Positions 23,258-32,767 of a stretch of 64,000 bases of DNA are shown piece after piece (position 1 is the stretch's first letter; each line of letters opens with the position of its first letter). The notes below the pieces were generated by a model that worked only from the letters and a program-made list of their open reading frames with translations, was not told the DNA's origin and searched no databases. A program made the position numbers and the translations under genes. This DNA comes from an uncultured Gemmatimonadales bacterium (GTDB lineage Bacteria; Gemmatimonadota; Gemmatimonadetes; Gemmatimonadales; GWC2-71-9): positions 192,001 to 256,000 of the forward strand of contig CAVYSW010000009.1 of assembly GCA_963771275.1 (NCBI GenBank). The letters are read 5' to 3'.

Positions 23258-24937
23258 ATGCCCGGACCCCAGTACGTCTTCACCATGTACAACCTCCGGA
23301 AGGTCGTCCCGCCCCAGCGGGAGGTCCTGAAGGGGATCAATCTCGCGTTCTTTCCGGGGGCCAAGATCGGGGTGATCGGCGCGAACGGCGCCGGCAAGAG
23401 CTCGCTGCTCCGCATCATGGCGGGCGTGGATCACGACTTTCAGGGCGAGGCGCGTCCCGCCAACGGGTTGCGCATCGGCTACCTGGCGCAGGAGCCGACG
23501 CTCAACCCCTCCAAAGACGTGCGTGGCAACGTCGAGGAAGCCGTGGCGCCGATCCGGGCGCTCGTCGCCGAGTTCGAGCAGGTGAGCGCGCGGTTCGCCG
23601 AGCCGATGACCGACGACGCGATGACCACCCTGCTGGAGCGCCAGGGCGACCTGCAGAACCGGATCGAGGCGCTCGGCGCCTGGGAGCTGGACCGCCGGCT
23701 GGACGTCGCGATGGACGCGCTGCGCTGCCCACCGGGCGACCAGGACGTGGCGACGCTCTCGGGCGGCGAGAAACGCCGCGTGGCGCTCTGCCGCCTGTTG
23801 CTCGAGCAGCCCGACATGCTGCTGCTGGACGAGCCGACCAACCACCTCGACGCCGAGTCGGTGGCGTGGCTCGAGCACTACCTGGCCGAGTTTCCCGGCA
23901 CGGTCGTCGCGGTGACGCACGACCGCTACTTCCTCGACAACGTGGCGCAGTGGATCCTCGAGCTCGAGCGGGGCGAGGGCATTCCGTGGAAGGGGAACTA
24001 CTCCTCCTGGCTCGACCAGAAGCGCCAGCGCCTCACCGTAGAAGAGAAGCAGGCCTCCGCGCGGCGGCGCACGCTCGAGCGCGAGCTCGAGTGGATCCGC
24101 ATGAGCCCGCGCGCGCGGCACGCCAAGTCGAAGGCGCGCATCTCGGCGTTCGAGGACCTCGCCGCCCAGAAGGGACCGGACCGTGATGCCGGGGCCGAGA
24201 TCCTGATCCCGCGGCCGCCGCGACTGGGCGACGACGTGGTCATTGCGGAGGGCGTGGCCAAGGGGTTCGGCGACCGGCTGCTGTTCGAGAACCTGAGCTT
24301 CCGGCTGCCGCGCGGCGGCATCGTCGGCGTGATCGGCCCGAACGGGGCCGGCAAGACGACGCTGTTCCGGATGATCGTGGGCCAGGACCAGCCAACGGCG
24401 GGCGCGCTGCGCGTCGGACCGACCGTCGTCACGCGCTACGTGGACCAGACGCGCGAGGCGCTGGATCCGGCGAAGACGGTGTTTCAGGAAATCACGGGGG
24501 GCGCGGACCAGCTCGATTTCGGCGACCGTGAGGTGAATGCCCGCGCCTACTGCGCGAGCTTCGGGTTCCGCGGCGCCGACCAGCAGAAGAAGGTAGCGGG
24601 CCTGTCGGGCGGCGAGCGCAACCGGCTCCACCTCGCCAAGCTGCTCAAGGGCGGGGGCAACCTGCTGCTGCTGGACGAGCCGTCGAACGATCTCGACGTG
24701 GACACGCTGCGCGCGCTCGAGGACGCGGTGCTCGCCTTCCCGGGCTGCGTCGTCGTCGTGAGCCACGACCGCTGGTTCCTCGACCGGATCGCGACGCACA
24801 TTCTGGCGTTCGAGGGCGACAGCCAGGTGTTCTGGTACGAGGGCAACTACCAGGAGTACGCGGCGGACTACCGGAGGCGGAAGGGCGCCGAGGCGGACCG
24901 CCCGCACCGGATCAAGTACCGGCGGCTGCACGGGTAG
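23258..24937 (+). CDS. ettA: Energy-dependent translational throttle ABC-F ATPase EttA
   Basis: FFPGAKIGVIGANGAGKS, two ABC domains, ELEWIR, C-terminal PHRIKYRRL. Confidence 0.96.
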   Translation: MPGPQYVFTMYNLRKVVPPQREVLKGINLAFFPGAKIGVIGANGAGKSSLLRIMAGVDHDFQGEARPANGLRIGYLAQEPTLNPSKDVRGNVEEAVAPIRALVAEFEQVSARFAEPMTDDAMTTLLERQGDLQNRIEALGAWELDRRLDVAMDALRCPPGDQDVATLSGGEKRRVALCRLLLEQPDMLLLDEPTNHLDAESVAWLEHYLAEFPGTVVAVTHDRYFLDNVAQWILELERGEGIPWKGNYSSWLDQKRQRLTVEEKQASARRRTLERELEWIRMSPRARHAKSKARISAFEDLAAQKGPDRDAGAEILIPRPPRLGDDVVIAEGVAKGFGDRLLFENLSFRLPRGGIVGVIGPNGAGKTTLFRMIVGQDQPTAGALRVGPTVVTRYVDQTREALDPAKTVFQEITGGADQLDFGDREVNARAYCASFGFRGADQQKKVAGLSGGERNRLHLAKLLKGGGNLLLLDEPSNDLDVDTLRALEDAVLAFPGCVVVVSHDRWFLDRIATHILAFEGDSQVFWYEGNYQEYAADYRRRKGAEADRPHRIKYRRLHG

Positions 24938-24959
24938 ACCGACGGGACCGACGCACCCG

Positions 24960-26108
24960 TCAGAGCCACCCCCACATCACCTGCTTCTCGAAGACGACCT
25001 TCCCCAGGTGCCACAGCGGGCTGGGGCGCCGCATGCGCACCGCCGGCCGCGGCTCGGCGTAGAAGTTCCCGCTGCCGAATCCGGCGCCGCCGGCGCCGGT
25101 CTCGATGAAACACGCACCGTACCCGTCGAACCGCGCCGTCGTCTCCCGGCCGGCGATGGTTGCGGCGATGTTGTGCGCCACCGCCTTGGCCTGCGCGTGC
25201 GCGAACACGCCCGCCCGCGGCAGCGGCCTGCCCATGGCGAGCGGAATGAGCGTCACGTCCCCCACGGCGTACACGTTGGGGAAGCTGGTTTCCATGGTGT
25301 GCCGATCCACCCGTACCCAGCCGCTCTCGTCCACCAGGCCGGAGCCGCGCAGGGCCTCGGGCGGTGCGATGGGCGGGACGTACACGAGGAGGTCATAGCC
25401 CACCGAGGCGCCGTCGGTGAACGCCACGCGCCCCTGCTCGGCGCGGGCGATCTGGTGTTCCGGGTGATAGGCGATTCCCTTGGCCGCGAGCATGCCCCGC
25501 ACCGCGGCGGACGCATCCGGCCCCGCGACGCCCATGGGCGCGGGCTCGGCCGAGTGGACCTCGATCGTAGAGCCATCGCGCTCGCCCCGTTTCCGCAGCA
25601 GGGCGTCAATCAGCATGGCCGCCTCGTACGGCGCGGCCGGGCACTTGTAGGCCGGCGCCGCCGTGAGCACCACGACGCGTCCCCCCTGGAACCGCGCGAG
25701 CGTGTCGCGCAGGGCGACCGCGCCGTCGAGCGTGCAGAACGTATGACCCCACTCCACCAGACCCGGGACGGCTTCCGGCGCGAACTGCGCGCCGAGCGCC
25801 ACCACCACGTGATCGGCTTCGAGGAGTCGGCCGGCGACGACGGCCCGCTGCTCCGCCGGCTCGATGCGCTCGACCTCGCCATGGACTACCGCGATGCCTT
25901 TCCGGGCGAGGCGGGCCAGCGGGCGCGTGATCTGCGCGGGCCGGCGATCTCCCGTCATGACCCAGAGGAACGACGCGGCCAGCGCGAAGTTGGGCTCCCG
26001 GTCCACCACCACGACCCGGTGGCGTCGGGGCAGCCGCCGCCGCAGCGCGTTGGCGGCGACCACCCCGCCGACGCCGCCGCCGAGCATGAGAATCGTCTGT
26101 TCACGCAT
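24960..26108 (-). CDS. Sulfide:quinone oxidoreductase-like FAD oxidoreductase
   Basis: GGGVGG, YKCPAAPYE, VYAVGD, GACFIETG. Confidence 0.85.
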   Translation of the reverse strand: MREQTILMLGGGVGGVVAANALRRRLPRRHRVVVVDREPNFALAASFLWVMTGDRRPAQITRPLARLARKGIAVVHGEVERIEPAEQRAVVAGRLLEADHVVVALGAQFAPEAVPGLVEWGHTFCTLDGAVALRDTLARFQGGRVVVLTAAPAYKCPAAPYEAAMLIDALLRKRGERDGSTIEVHSAEPAPMGVAGPDASAAVRGMLAAKGIAYHPEHQIARAEQGRVAFTDGASVGYDLLVYVPPIAPPEALRGSGLVDESGWVRVDRHTMETSFPNVYAVGDVTLIPLAMGRPLPRAGVFAHAQAKAVAHNIAATIAGRETTARFDGYGACFIETGAGGAGFGSGNFYAEPRPAVRMRRPSPLWHLGKVVFEKQVMWGWL

Positions 26109-26452
26109 CAGAACACCAGGACTTTCTCGGCCGTGGCCGTGAGCTGCGTCAGCTCGTCCAGCGTGCTGCGCCGGCTGCCCGCGACGATGTCCTCACTGCG
26201 CAGTCCGCGTGCGTCCATGCAGCTGCCGCACAGGAGCACGTCTCCCCCGCGCGACACGATGCCCTTCAGCATGCGCTCGAGGTTGTAGTAGCCGTTCGGC
26301 GTCTGCTGCCCCGTCCGGGCGGCCGCCGCCGCGTCGCCCATGAGGAACACCGTGACCTTCGCCGCCTCGCGCTTCTGCAGCAGGTTGTGCGCGAGTCGCA
26401 GTCCGTTGTATGTGCGCTCGGTGCCGTAGGGCGGATCGTTCAGGATCAGCAA
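26108..26452 (-). CDS. DsrE/YchN family sulfur-relay protein
   Basis: LNDPPYGTERTYNGLRLA, CGSCMDARG; TTG start uncertain. Confidence 0.88.
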   Translation of the reverse strand: MLILNDPPYGTERTYNGLRLAHNLLQKREAAKVTVFLMGDAAAAARTGQQTPNGYYNLERMLKGIVSRGGDVLLCGSCMDARGLRSEDIVAGSRRSTLDELTQLTATAEKVLVF

Positions 26453-26464
26453 GGTGTGCCTTGG

Positions 26465-27157
26465 CTACCGTGGGTTCGCGCGACGGCCGGGTTCGGGACC
26501 GGTGCCGACGGGGAGCCCGGCGTCGCGCCACTCGGGGTACCCGTCCTTGAGGCGCACCGCCGAGCGCCCGTGCCGGCGGATCGCCCGCACCGCCTCGGCC
26601 GCGAGCACGCAGTGGGGCCCCCGGCAGTACGCCACGACGCCCTTCCCCCGCGGCAGCGCGCGGAGACGCCGCTCCAACTCCGCCAGGGGGACCGACAACG
26701 CGCCCGCGATGTGTCCGGCGGTGTACTCCTCAGGGGGCCGCACGTCGATCACCACCACGTCCCGGCTCCGCACCCGGCGCAGCAGTTCGGCCGACTCCAC
26801 CGGCTCCAGTCCATCCGTGCTCGAGAAGAAGTCATCCACCAGGTGCCCGACCTCGGCGAGCCGAGCCTGAGCGAGGCCCCGCAGGGAGCGGTACCCCTCG
26901 AGCACCAGCGGGTGCGCCAGCCGATAGAACACCTGCAGTCCCTGCTTCCGCGCAACGACGAGCTGCGCGGCTTTGAGGATCTGGAGGTGGCGGGACGTGT
27001 TCGCGACGCTGAGCCCGGACTCCCGCGCCAGCGCCTCGACGTGGCGCTCGCCCTGCGCCAGGAGATCAATGATCTCGATGCGCTTGGGGCTGCCGAACGC
27101 CGCACCAATCCGGGCGAACTCGGCGAACAGGGCGTCCTTGAAGTCGCGGCCGCGCAT
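26465..27157 (-). CDS. ArsR/SmtB regulator fused to a rhodanese domain
   Basis: ArsR HTH (ANTSRHLQIL) followed by rhodanese IDVRP..EY..GHI.GA and AYCRGPHC. Confidence 0.92.
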   Translation of the reverse strand: MRGRDFKDALFAEFARIGAAFGSPKRIEIIDLLAQGERHVEALARESGLSVANTSRHLQILKAAQLVVARKQGLQVFYRLAHPLVLEGYRSLRGLAQARLAEVGHLVDDFFSSTDGLEPVESAELLRRVRSRDVVVIDVRPPEEYTAGHIAGALSVPLAELERRLRALPRGKGVVAYCRGPHCVLAAEAVRAIRRHGRSAVRLKDGYPEWRDAGLPVGTGPEPGRRANPR

Positions 27158-27171
27158 CGGGTAGCCTCGCA

Positions 27172-27213
27172 GTAGTCAATTAATTGATAGAACAATTGAG
27201 TATTGGCGTCAAG
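27172..27213. promoter_or_regulatory. AT-rich divergent promoter/operator region, likely ArsR operator
   Basis: Palindrome TCAATTAATTGA (27176-27187), CAATTG, and minus-strand TTGACG in a GC-rich background between divergent genes. Confidence 0.55.
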
Positions 27214-27254
27214 CCGGTGACAGTTCATATCCTCCTCCACCCCGGAGAGTCGCC

Positions 27255-27695
27255 ATGACCCTACGCTCGCTCGTCCAGTCCCGTGCTCCTGCCGCCACCG
27301 TGCTGGTCCGGCTCATCGTGGGCGCGGTCTTCCTGTCCGAGGGCATCCAGAAGTTCCTCTTCCCGGACGCCCTGGGCGTCGGCCGCTTCACGCAGATCGG
27401 CATCCCGGCGCCGGAAGTGATGGCGCCGTTCGTCGGCACGGTGGAGACCGTGTGCGGCGCGCTGCTGCTCCTGGGCCTCGCTACGCGTCTCGCCGCCATC
27501 CCGCTGGTGATCGACATGCTGGTGGCGATCGGCTCGACCAAGGTCCCGATCCTGCTGTCCAAAGGCGTCTGGGCCATGGCGCACGAGGCGCGCGTGGACT
27601 GGTCGATGCTGCTGGGCGCGCTGTTTCTGCTCGTCGTCGGCGCCGGCCCGTGGTCGCTCGACGCATACCTCACGAGCCGTCACCCCAAGCCCTGA
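27255..27695 (+). CDS. DoxX family membrane protein
   Basis: RLIVGAVFLSEGIQKF, GLATRLAA, GAGPWSLD. Confidence 0.9.
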   Translation: MTLRSLVQSRAPAATVLVRLIVGAVFLSEGIQKFLFPDALGVGRFTQIGIPAPEVMAPFVGTVETVCGALLLLGLATRLAAIPLVIDMLVAIGSTKVPILLSKGVWAMAHEARVDWSMLLGALFLLVVGAGPWSLDAYLTSRHPKP

Positions 27696-27739
27696 CGAGG
27701 CCCGGTTCCATAGCCAACCACGATGAGGAGGCCTCTCCC

Positions 27740-28231
27740 ATGCAACCCCTCAGACCGAGCCGCGCCACCACCGCGGTGATGGTCGCCCTTGGAGCCGCGG
27801 CCGCCGCGTGCGACCGCGCGCCGTCGCCCCCACCGGATGCCGGCTACACGCCGCAGACCCGCGACGTCACCATCACGACGGTGCCGCTGCTCGTGAAGGA
27901 GGCGAGGTCGCTGTACCCCTTCCTCGACGAGGATTTCGCTCCCGGCGGCGTCCTCGAAGGAAAGGAGGTCTATGCCTTCTCGCCCAGCACGATCACAGTC
28001 GTGGAAGGTGACACCATCCACTTCACGTTCGTGAACCCCGAGGACGACGAGCACTCGTTCGTGCTTCCCGACCTCGCGGTCTCGCTCCCCGGCCAACAGA
28101 TGATGCACGCGACGTACGTCGCACGGCGGGCCGGCATCTATCCCTTCCTGTGCGCCATCCCGTCGCACTTGCCGATGATGGCGGGACAGCTCGTGGTTCT
28201 GTCTCCCGCAGCCGTCGCTGGCGGGAAATAG
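27740..28231 (+). CDS. Cupredoxin-domain lipoprotein
   Basis: Lipobox AAAC; FSPSTITV..GD; H...C-x4-H-x3-M type-1 copper ligands (EHSF, CAIPSHLPMM). Confidence 0.8.
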   Translation: MQPLRPSRATTAVMVALGAAAAACDRAPSPPPDAGYTPQTRDVTITTVPLLVKEARSLYPFLDEDFAPGGVLEGKEVYAFSPSTITVVEGDTIHFTFVNPEDDEHSFVLPDLAVSLPGQQMMHATYVARRAGIYPFLCAIPSHLPMMAGQLVVLSPAAVAGGK

Positions 28232-28242
28232 GACGCAGGACC

Positions 28243-29469
28243 ATGCCGGACACCGGGCCCGGGCCGGCCCCGGGGCGAACCTCGCTCGCCGAGCTCGCGA
28301 AGCTGTTCCTCAAGCTCGGGACGATCAGCTTCGGCGGGCCCGCGGCGCACAACGCCCTCATGGAGGACGAGGTGGTGCGGCGCCGGCGCTGGCTCACGCG
28401 CGAGCAGTTCCTCGACTACCTCGGCGCCACCAACCTCATCCCGGGCCCCAACTCCACGGAGCTGGCGATCCACATCGGCCACGCCCGCGCCGGCTGGCCG
28501 GGGTTCTTCGTCGCGGGTGCCTGCTTCATCTTGCCGGCCACGCTGCTCGTCGCGGCCATCGCGTGGGCGTACGTGCGGTTCGGCAGCCTTCCCGCCGCGA
28601 CCGGACTGCTGTACGGCGTCAAGCCGGTGGTGATCGCCGTGGTGCTCCAGGCCCTGTGGAGGCTCGGCCGTACCGCGCTCAAGACGCGAGGGCTTGTGGT
28701 CCTCGCTCTCGCGGCCGTCGCCGCGGCGGCCTTGAGCGTTCACGAGCTCCTCGTCCTCGCCGTCGCCGGCCTGCTCGCGGCCCTCGGCCGAGCGCTCTCG
28801 CGGGCGCGCCCCGCCCATCCGGGCCCGCCGGGCGACGCTTCCCTTGGGTGCCTGCTCCCCACGCCCGCCGCACCCCTTGTGTTACAGGCGAAAAGCGGGC
28901 TCGCGGTCGCGACCGCCACGACGGCCGCCGCGGCGTCGTTCGGGCTGTGGCCGCTGTTCGCCGTCTTCGTCAAGATCGGTGCGGTGCTGTTCGGGAGCGG
29001 CTACGTGCTGCTCGCCTTCCTGCGCGCCGACCTGGTCGAGCGCCTCGGCTGGATCACGGAGCGCCAGCTCCTCGACGCCGTGGCGGTCGGTCAGATGACG
29101 CCGGGTCCGCTGTTCACGAGCGCTACGTTTCTGGGTTACGTGCTGGGCGGTGGCGCCGGCGCCGTCGTCGCGACGGTCGGCATCTTCCTCCCCGCGTTCG
29201 TCTTCGTCGCGCTCAGCGGCCCGATCATCCCGCGACTCCGGCGATCGCCCGTCGCGGGCGCGGTGCTGGACGGCGTCAACGTCGCGTCGCTTGCGCTCAT
29301 GGCGGTGGTCACCTGGCAACTGGGCCGCGCCGCGCTGATCGATCCTCTCACGCTCGGCCTGGCCGGCGTCAGCGCGGTGCTGCTGCTTCGGTTCCGCGTG
29401 AACTCCGCGTGGCTCGTGTTGGGCGGGGCGGTGATCGGCTCGGCCGCCCTGTGGCTGCGGGCTGGCTGA
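28243..29469 (+). CDS. chrA: Chromate efflux transporter (CHR family)
   Basis: FLKLGTISFGGPAAH, PGPNSTE, FGSGY, QMTPGP. Confidence 0.93.
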   Translation: MPDTGPGPAPGRTSLAELAKLFLKLGTISFGGPAAHNALMEDEVVRRRRWLTREQFLDYLGATNLIPGPNSTELAIHIGHARAGWPGFFVAGACFILPATLLVAAIAWAYVRFGSLPAATGLLYGVKPVVIAVVLQALWRLGRTALKTRGLVVLALAAVAAAALSVHELLVLAVAGLLAALGRALSRARPAHPGPPGDASLGCLLPTPAAPLVLQAKSGLAVATATTAAAASFGLWPLFAVFVKIGAVLFGSGYVLLAFLRADLVERLGWITERQLLDAVAVGQMTPGPLFTSATFLGYVLGGGAGAVVATVGIFLPAFVFVALSGPIIPRLRRSPVAGAVLDGVNVASLALMAVVTWQLGRAALIDPLTLGLAGVSAVLLLRFRVNSAWLVLGGAVIGSAALWLRAG

Positions 29470-29532
29470 TCCGCGGCGAGTTCCGGGCTCGCGTCGACTG
29501 CAGCCGCCGGCCGTCACAGACCCCGGATCCGG

Positions 29533-30954
29533 TCACGGCCGTGCCGCCTGGAGGATGACCGACGCCAGGCGCGCATAGTCCCCACCGAAGTGGTGCCCGC
29601 CGGGGAGCTTCACCACCTTGAAGGCCCTGGGATCGAGCGACGGACAGATCGTGTCCGTCTCATCGGCGCCGTAGAGACACAGGACTTTCCTTCCGACGAG
29701 CTTCCGCACTTCCGGCAGCACCGCGTACGGTGCGTTGCGCGTGCCGCCCGGGAGCCACTCCGTCACGCGGAACTCGAAGTCGGTGCTATGTCCCGGCCCG
29801 AGGAGCACGATCGCGACCGTTCGCGCCGTGAGCGCGGGCGGGAGACGGCTGGCGAGAAACGGCAGCACGTCGGCGCCGAGCGAGTAGCCGATCAGCAGCA
29901 CGCGTTGCTTCTGCCACGCGGTCCGATAGTGCTCCACGATGCGCGCCAGGTCGCGCGCGGCGCCGTCCGGCGTGCGCCGCGTCCAGAAGTACCGCAGCGC
30001 GTCGAGCCCGACCACGGGGACGCCGCGTGGCGCCAGGGCCTCGGCGAGGGAGCGGTCGATGCCCGCCCAGCCACCGTCTCCCGAGATGATCACCGCGAAC
30101 GTCTCGCCCGCGCCCGCCGCCGGCACCTCGACGAGCGGGAGGTCCGCCACGTCTCCCACGACGGGCGGCGTGGGGGGCACGGCTTTCGCGAGGCGCGCGA
30201 ACGCGGCCTGGAGCTGCGGCATCCAGTTGCGCACCACCCCGAAACCGTGCCCCACGTGCGGCAGGCGGACCAGCTCCGCGTCGCCCGTTTGCGCGACGAA
30301 CCGGAGGACCGTGTCGGGGCTGCACACCTGGTCGATATCGCCGTGCAGCACGATCCACGGCGCAGCGAGCGCGGCGGCCGGTCCGAGCAGGTAGCCGGCG
30401 CCCTCGGCGCCGACGGCCGGCTGCGGCGTGCTCTCCAGGCCGCGACCGCGGCACAGCGGCTTGCGGATCACGAGATCGGGACAGAACCCCAGGGACAGGG
30501 CGCCGCGGAACGTGTTCGCCGGAGCCTGCGCGAGCGCGGCGTACACCAGCGTCGCGCCGGAGGAGTACCCCACCAGAACGGGGGCCTGGTACCTGGCGAA
30601 CCCGTAGCGTTGCTCCATGTAGTGGCTCAGCACCTCGAGGTCGCCGGCCGGATAGGCGCACCGCTCGGGGTCGGCGTCGAGCGATCTGAGGTAGGTGGTG
30701 ATGTCGATGCCCGTGACGAGCGCGCCCCACCCGGCGAGGGTGCGGGCCATCCCGACCACACCCAGGTTCCAGCCGCCGTCGCCCGAGACGAACAGCACGG
30801 CCTGCGCGGGTGGGTCCGCGGGGTGGTACACGTGGACCAGCCCGAACCGGCCGACGCGGACCGTGTCTTCGTGGACGTTCGCCGTCTGGGCACTCGCCGG
30901 GGTCGCCTGGGCGAGCAGCAGCGTCACGAGCAGCGAGGCGCGGAGCAACGTCAT
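29533..30954 (-). CDS. AcvB/VirJ family hydrolase
   Basis: Signal peptide; two SGDGGW motifs, GYSSG/GYSLG nucleophile motifs, LPGGHHFGGDY. Confidence 0.9.
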   Translation of the reverse strand: MTLLRASLLVTLLLAQATPASAQTANVHEDTVRVGRFGLVHVYHPADPPAQAVLFVSGDGGWNLGVVGMARTLAGWGALVTGIDITTYLRSLDADPERCAYPAGDLEVLSHYMEQRYGFARYQAPVLVGYSSGATLVYAALAQAPANTFRGALSLGFCPDLVIRKPLCRGRGLESTPQPAVGAEGAGYLLGPAAALAAPWIVLHGDIDQVCSPDTVLRFVAQTGDAELVRLPHVGHGFGVVRNWMPQLQAAFARLAKAVPPTPPVVGDVADLPLVEVPAAGAGETFAVIISGDGGWAGIDRSLAEALAPRGVPVVGLDALRYFWTRRTPDGAARDLARIVEHYRTAWQKQRVLLIGYSLGADVLPFLASRLPPALTARTVAIVLLGPGHSTDFEFRVTEWLPGGTRNAPYAVLPEVRKLVGRKVLCLYGADETDTICPSLDPRAFKVVKLPGGHHFGGDYARLASVILQAARP

Positions 30955-31080
30955 CGCGGACAAACCTCTGTTCGACAAGTGGAGGCCGCCCGTAATTGGA
31001 CGCGCCCGGGGAACGCAGGTCAAGGACCGCGTTCGCATCACGCTTGCGCGGGTATGCGACTCCGACTATTTACCTAGGGT

Positions 31081-31413
31081 ATGCGATCTCGCGCGCTGGG
31101 TGCCGCCGTTCTTCTCGCGTTTGCGCTTGCGAACACCGGGAGCTCGCTCTGTGCCGCCGTGCATCACTCCGGTAGGGCGGATGCCCACGCGTCACATCAC
31201 GGCCAGCGAGGCGCCGTTCCGGCACTCGTCCTGACCGCGCCGGCGCACGGCTGCACCAGCCCGATGCACTGCGGCATCTCCGTGATCGCCGTGCGTGCGG
31301 ATGCCATGCGGCCTGCGGGCGTCGTCCCGGCAGGCTTCACGGCGACGCCGGCCCCGACGGCCTTCGTGCCCACGCCACCGTCGTCGCTCTCCACCCCGCC
31401 CCCCAGAGCCTGA
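31081..31413 (+). CDS. Small His/Cys-rich exported protein ending in PPRA (DUF2946-like)
   Basis: Signal peptide, HHS..HASHH, C..PMHC, C-terminal TPPPRA; directly upstream of the metal efflux operon. Confidence 0.6.
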   Translation: MRSRALGAAVLLAFALANTGSSLCAAVHHSGRADAHASHHGQRGAVPALVLTAPAHGCTSPMHCGISVIAVRADAMRPAGVVPAGFTATPAPTAFVPTPPSSLSTPPPRA

Positions 31414-31501
31414 CCCCTTTCCAGGTGTAGTGTGCCCACCGCCTCGATTCCCGAGGCGGCGCGCAGTGCTCGCAGCTTCTGGCAAGGAAGGTCGGAGGAT
31501 C

Positions 31502-32767
31502 ATGTGGCAACCACTCTGGTGCGCGCTCGCGGCCGGTGCCGTGACGCTCACGCCGGTTCGCGCACTCGTCGCGCAGGCCGATGACACGCTGCGCGTGGCG
31601 ACCGCCGTGGCGCTGGCTCGCGAGGGGAACCCGGCCCTGGCCGCCGCGCGGCTCCGCGCCGACGCGGCCGCCGATCGCGTCCCCCCGGCGGGCGCGTGGC
31701 CGGACCCGCAGCTGGCCCTCGGGCTGATGAACCGGCCGCTGTGGGGCTTCGGCACCGCCGAGCCGATGACGATGAACACGGTTCAGGTGACGCAGACCCT
31801 GCCATGGCCGGGCAAGCTGGGCTTCGGCAAGGCGCGCTCGCGCTCGCTCGCGTCGGCCGAGCGGCTCGACGCCGACGAGGCCGAATGGCAGGTCGTCGGC
31901 GAGACGCGGGCGGCGTACGCCGAGCTGGCGGCGATGGACCGCGCGCTCGCGATCATGCGGCGCACCCGGGACCTGCTGCGCGGTTTCCTGCGCGTGTCGC
32001 AGACCCGGTACGCGGTGGGTGACGCCCCGCAGCAAGACGTGCTGCAGGCGCAGGTGGCCGTCGCCCGGATGACCGAGGACATCACGGTCCTGGAGCAGCG
32101 TCGCATCGCGGGGGGTGCCCGGCTCAACACGCTGATGGGACGGGACGCGACCAGCCCGATCGGCGGGCTCGAGCTTCCCGCGCCCGGCACCTCGCTGCCG
32201 CCCGCGGATTCACTGATGCGCCTCGCCGCGACGCACCGGCCCGCGCTGCTCGCCGCGCAGCAGCGGGTGACGGCCGCGCAGGACGGCTACCGCGCTGCCC
32301 GCCGCGAGCTGTACCCCGACCTCATGATCTCGGCGGCCTACGGCCAGCGCCCCCAGTACGGTGACATGGGGTCGCTGATGCTCGGGGTGAGCATCCCGCT
32401 GTGGGCGGGGAGCCGGCAGCTGCCGCTGCGCCGCGAGATGGCGGCGCTGCGCACCGCGGAAGACGCGGCGGCCCGCGACCGCTACAACGAGACGTTCGCC
32501 CAGCTCACCGAGCAACGCGCCGAGGCGGAGCGCGCACGCAGTCTCGCCGCGCTGTACACCACCGCCGTTCTGCCCCAGGCCCGGGCCGCGGTGGACGCGG
32601 CGCTATCGGCGTACCGGGTGGGACAGGTGGAGTTCACGACGCTAATTGAGAGCGAGATGACGGTGAACAACTACGAAACCGAGCTGGTGCGACTCGCCGC
32701 CCAGTATCACGCCGCCGTGGCGCGGGTGGTCGCGCTGATCGGCCTGGATCTTGGAGGCACCCCATGA
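31502..32767 (+). CDS. TolC/CusC-family outer membrane efflux protein
   Basis: NPALAAA, WPDPQL, QTLPWPGKL, YPDL, SIPLW. Confidence 0.9.
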   Translation: MWQPLWCALAAGAVTLTPVRALVAQADDTLRVATAVALAREGNPALAAARLRADAAADRVPPAGAWPDPQLALGLMNRPLWGFGTAEPMTMNTVQVTQTLPWPGKLGFGKARSRSLASAERLDADEAEWQVVGETRAAYAELAAMDRALAIMRRTRDLLRGFLRVSQTRYAVGDAPQQDVLQAQVAVARMTEDITVLEQRRIAGGARLNTLMGRDATSPIGGLELPAPGTSLPPADSLMRLAATHRPALLAAQQRVTAAQDGYRAARRELYPDLMISAAYGQRPQYGDMGSLMLGVSIPLWAGSRQLPLRREMAALRTAEDAAARDRYNETFAQLTEQRAEAERARSLAALYTTAVLPQARAAVDAALSAYRVGQVEFTTLIESEMTVNNYETELVRLAAQYHAAVARVVALIGLDLGGTP

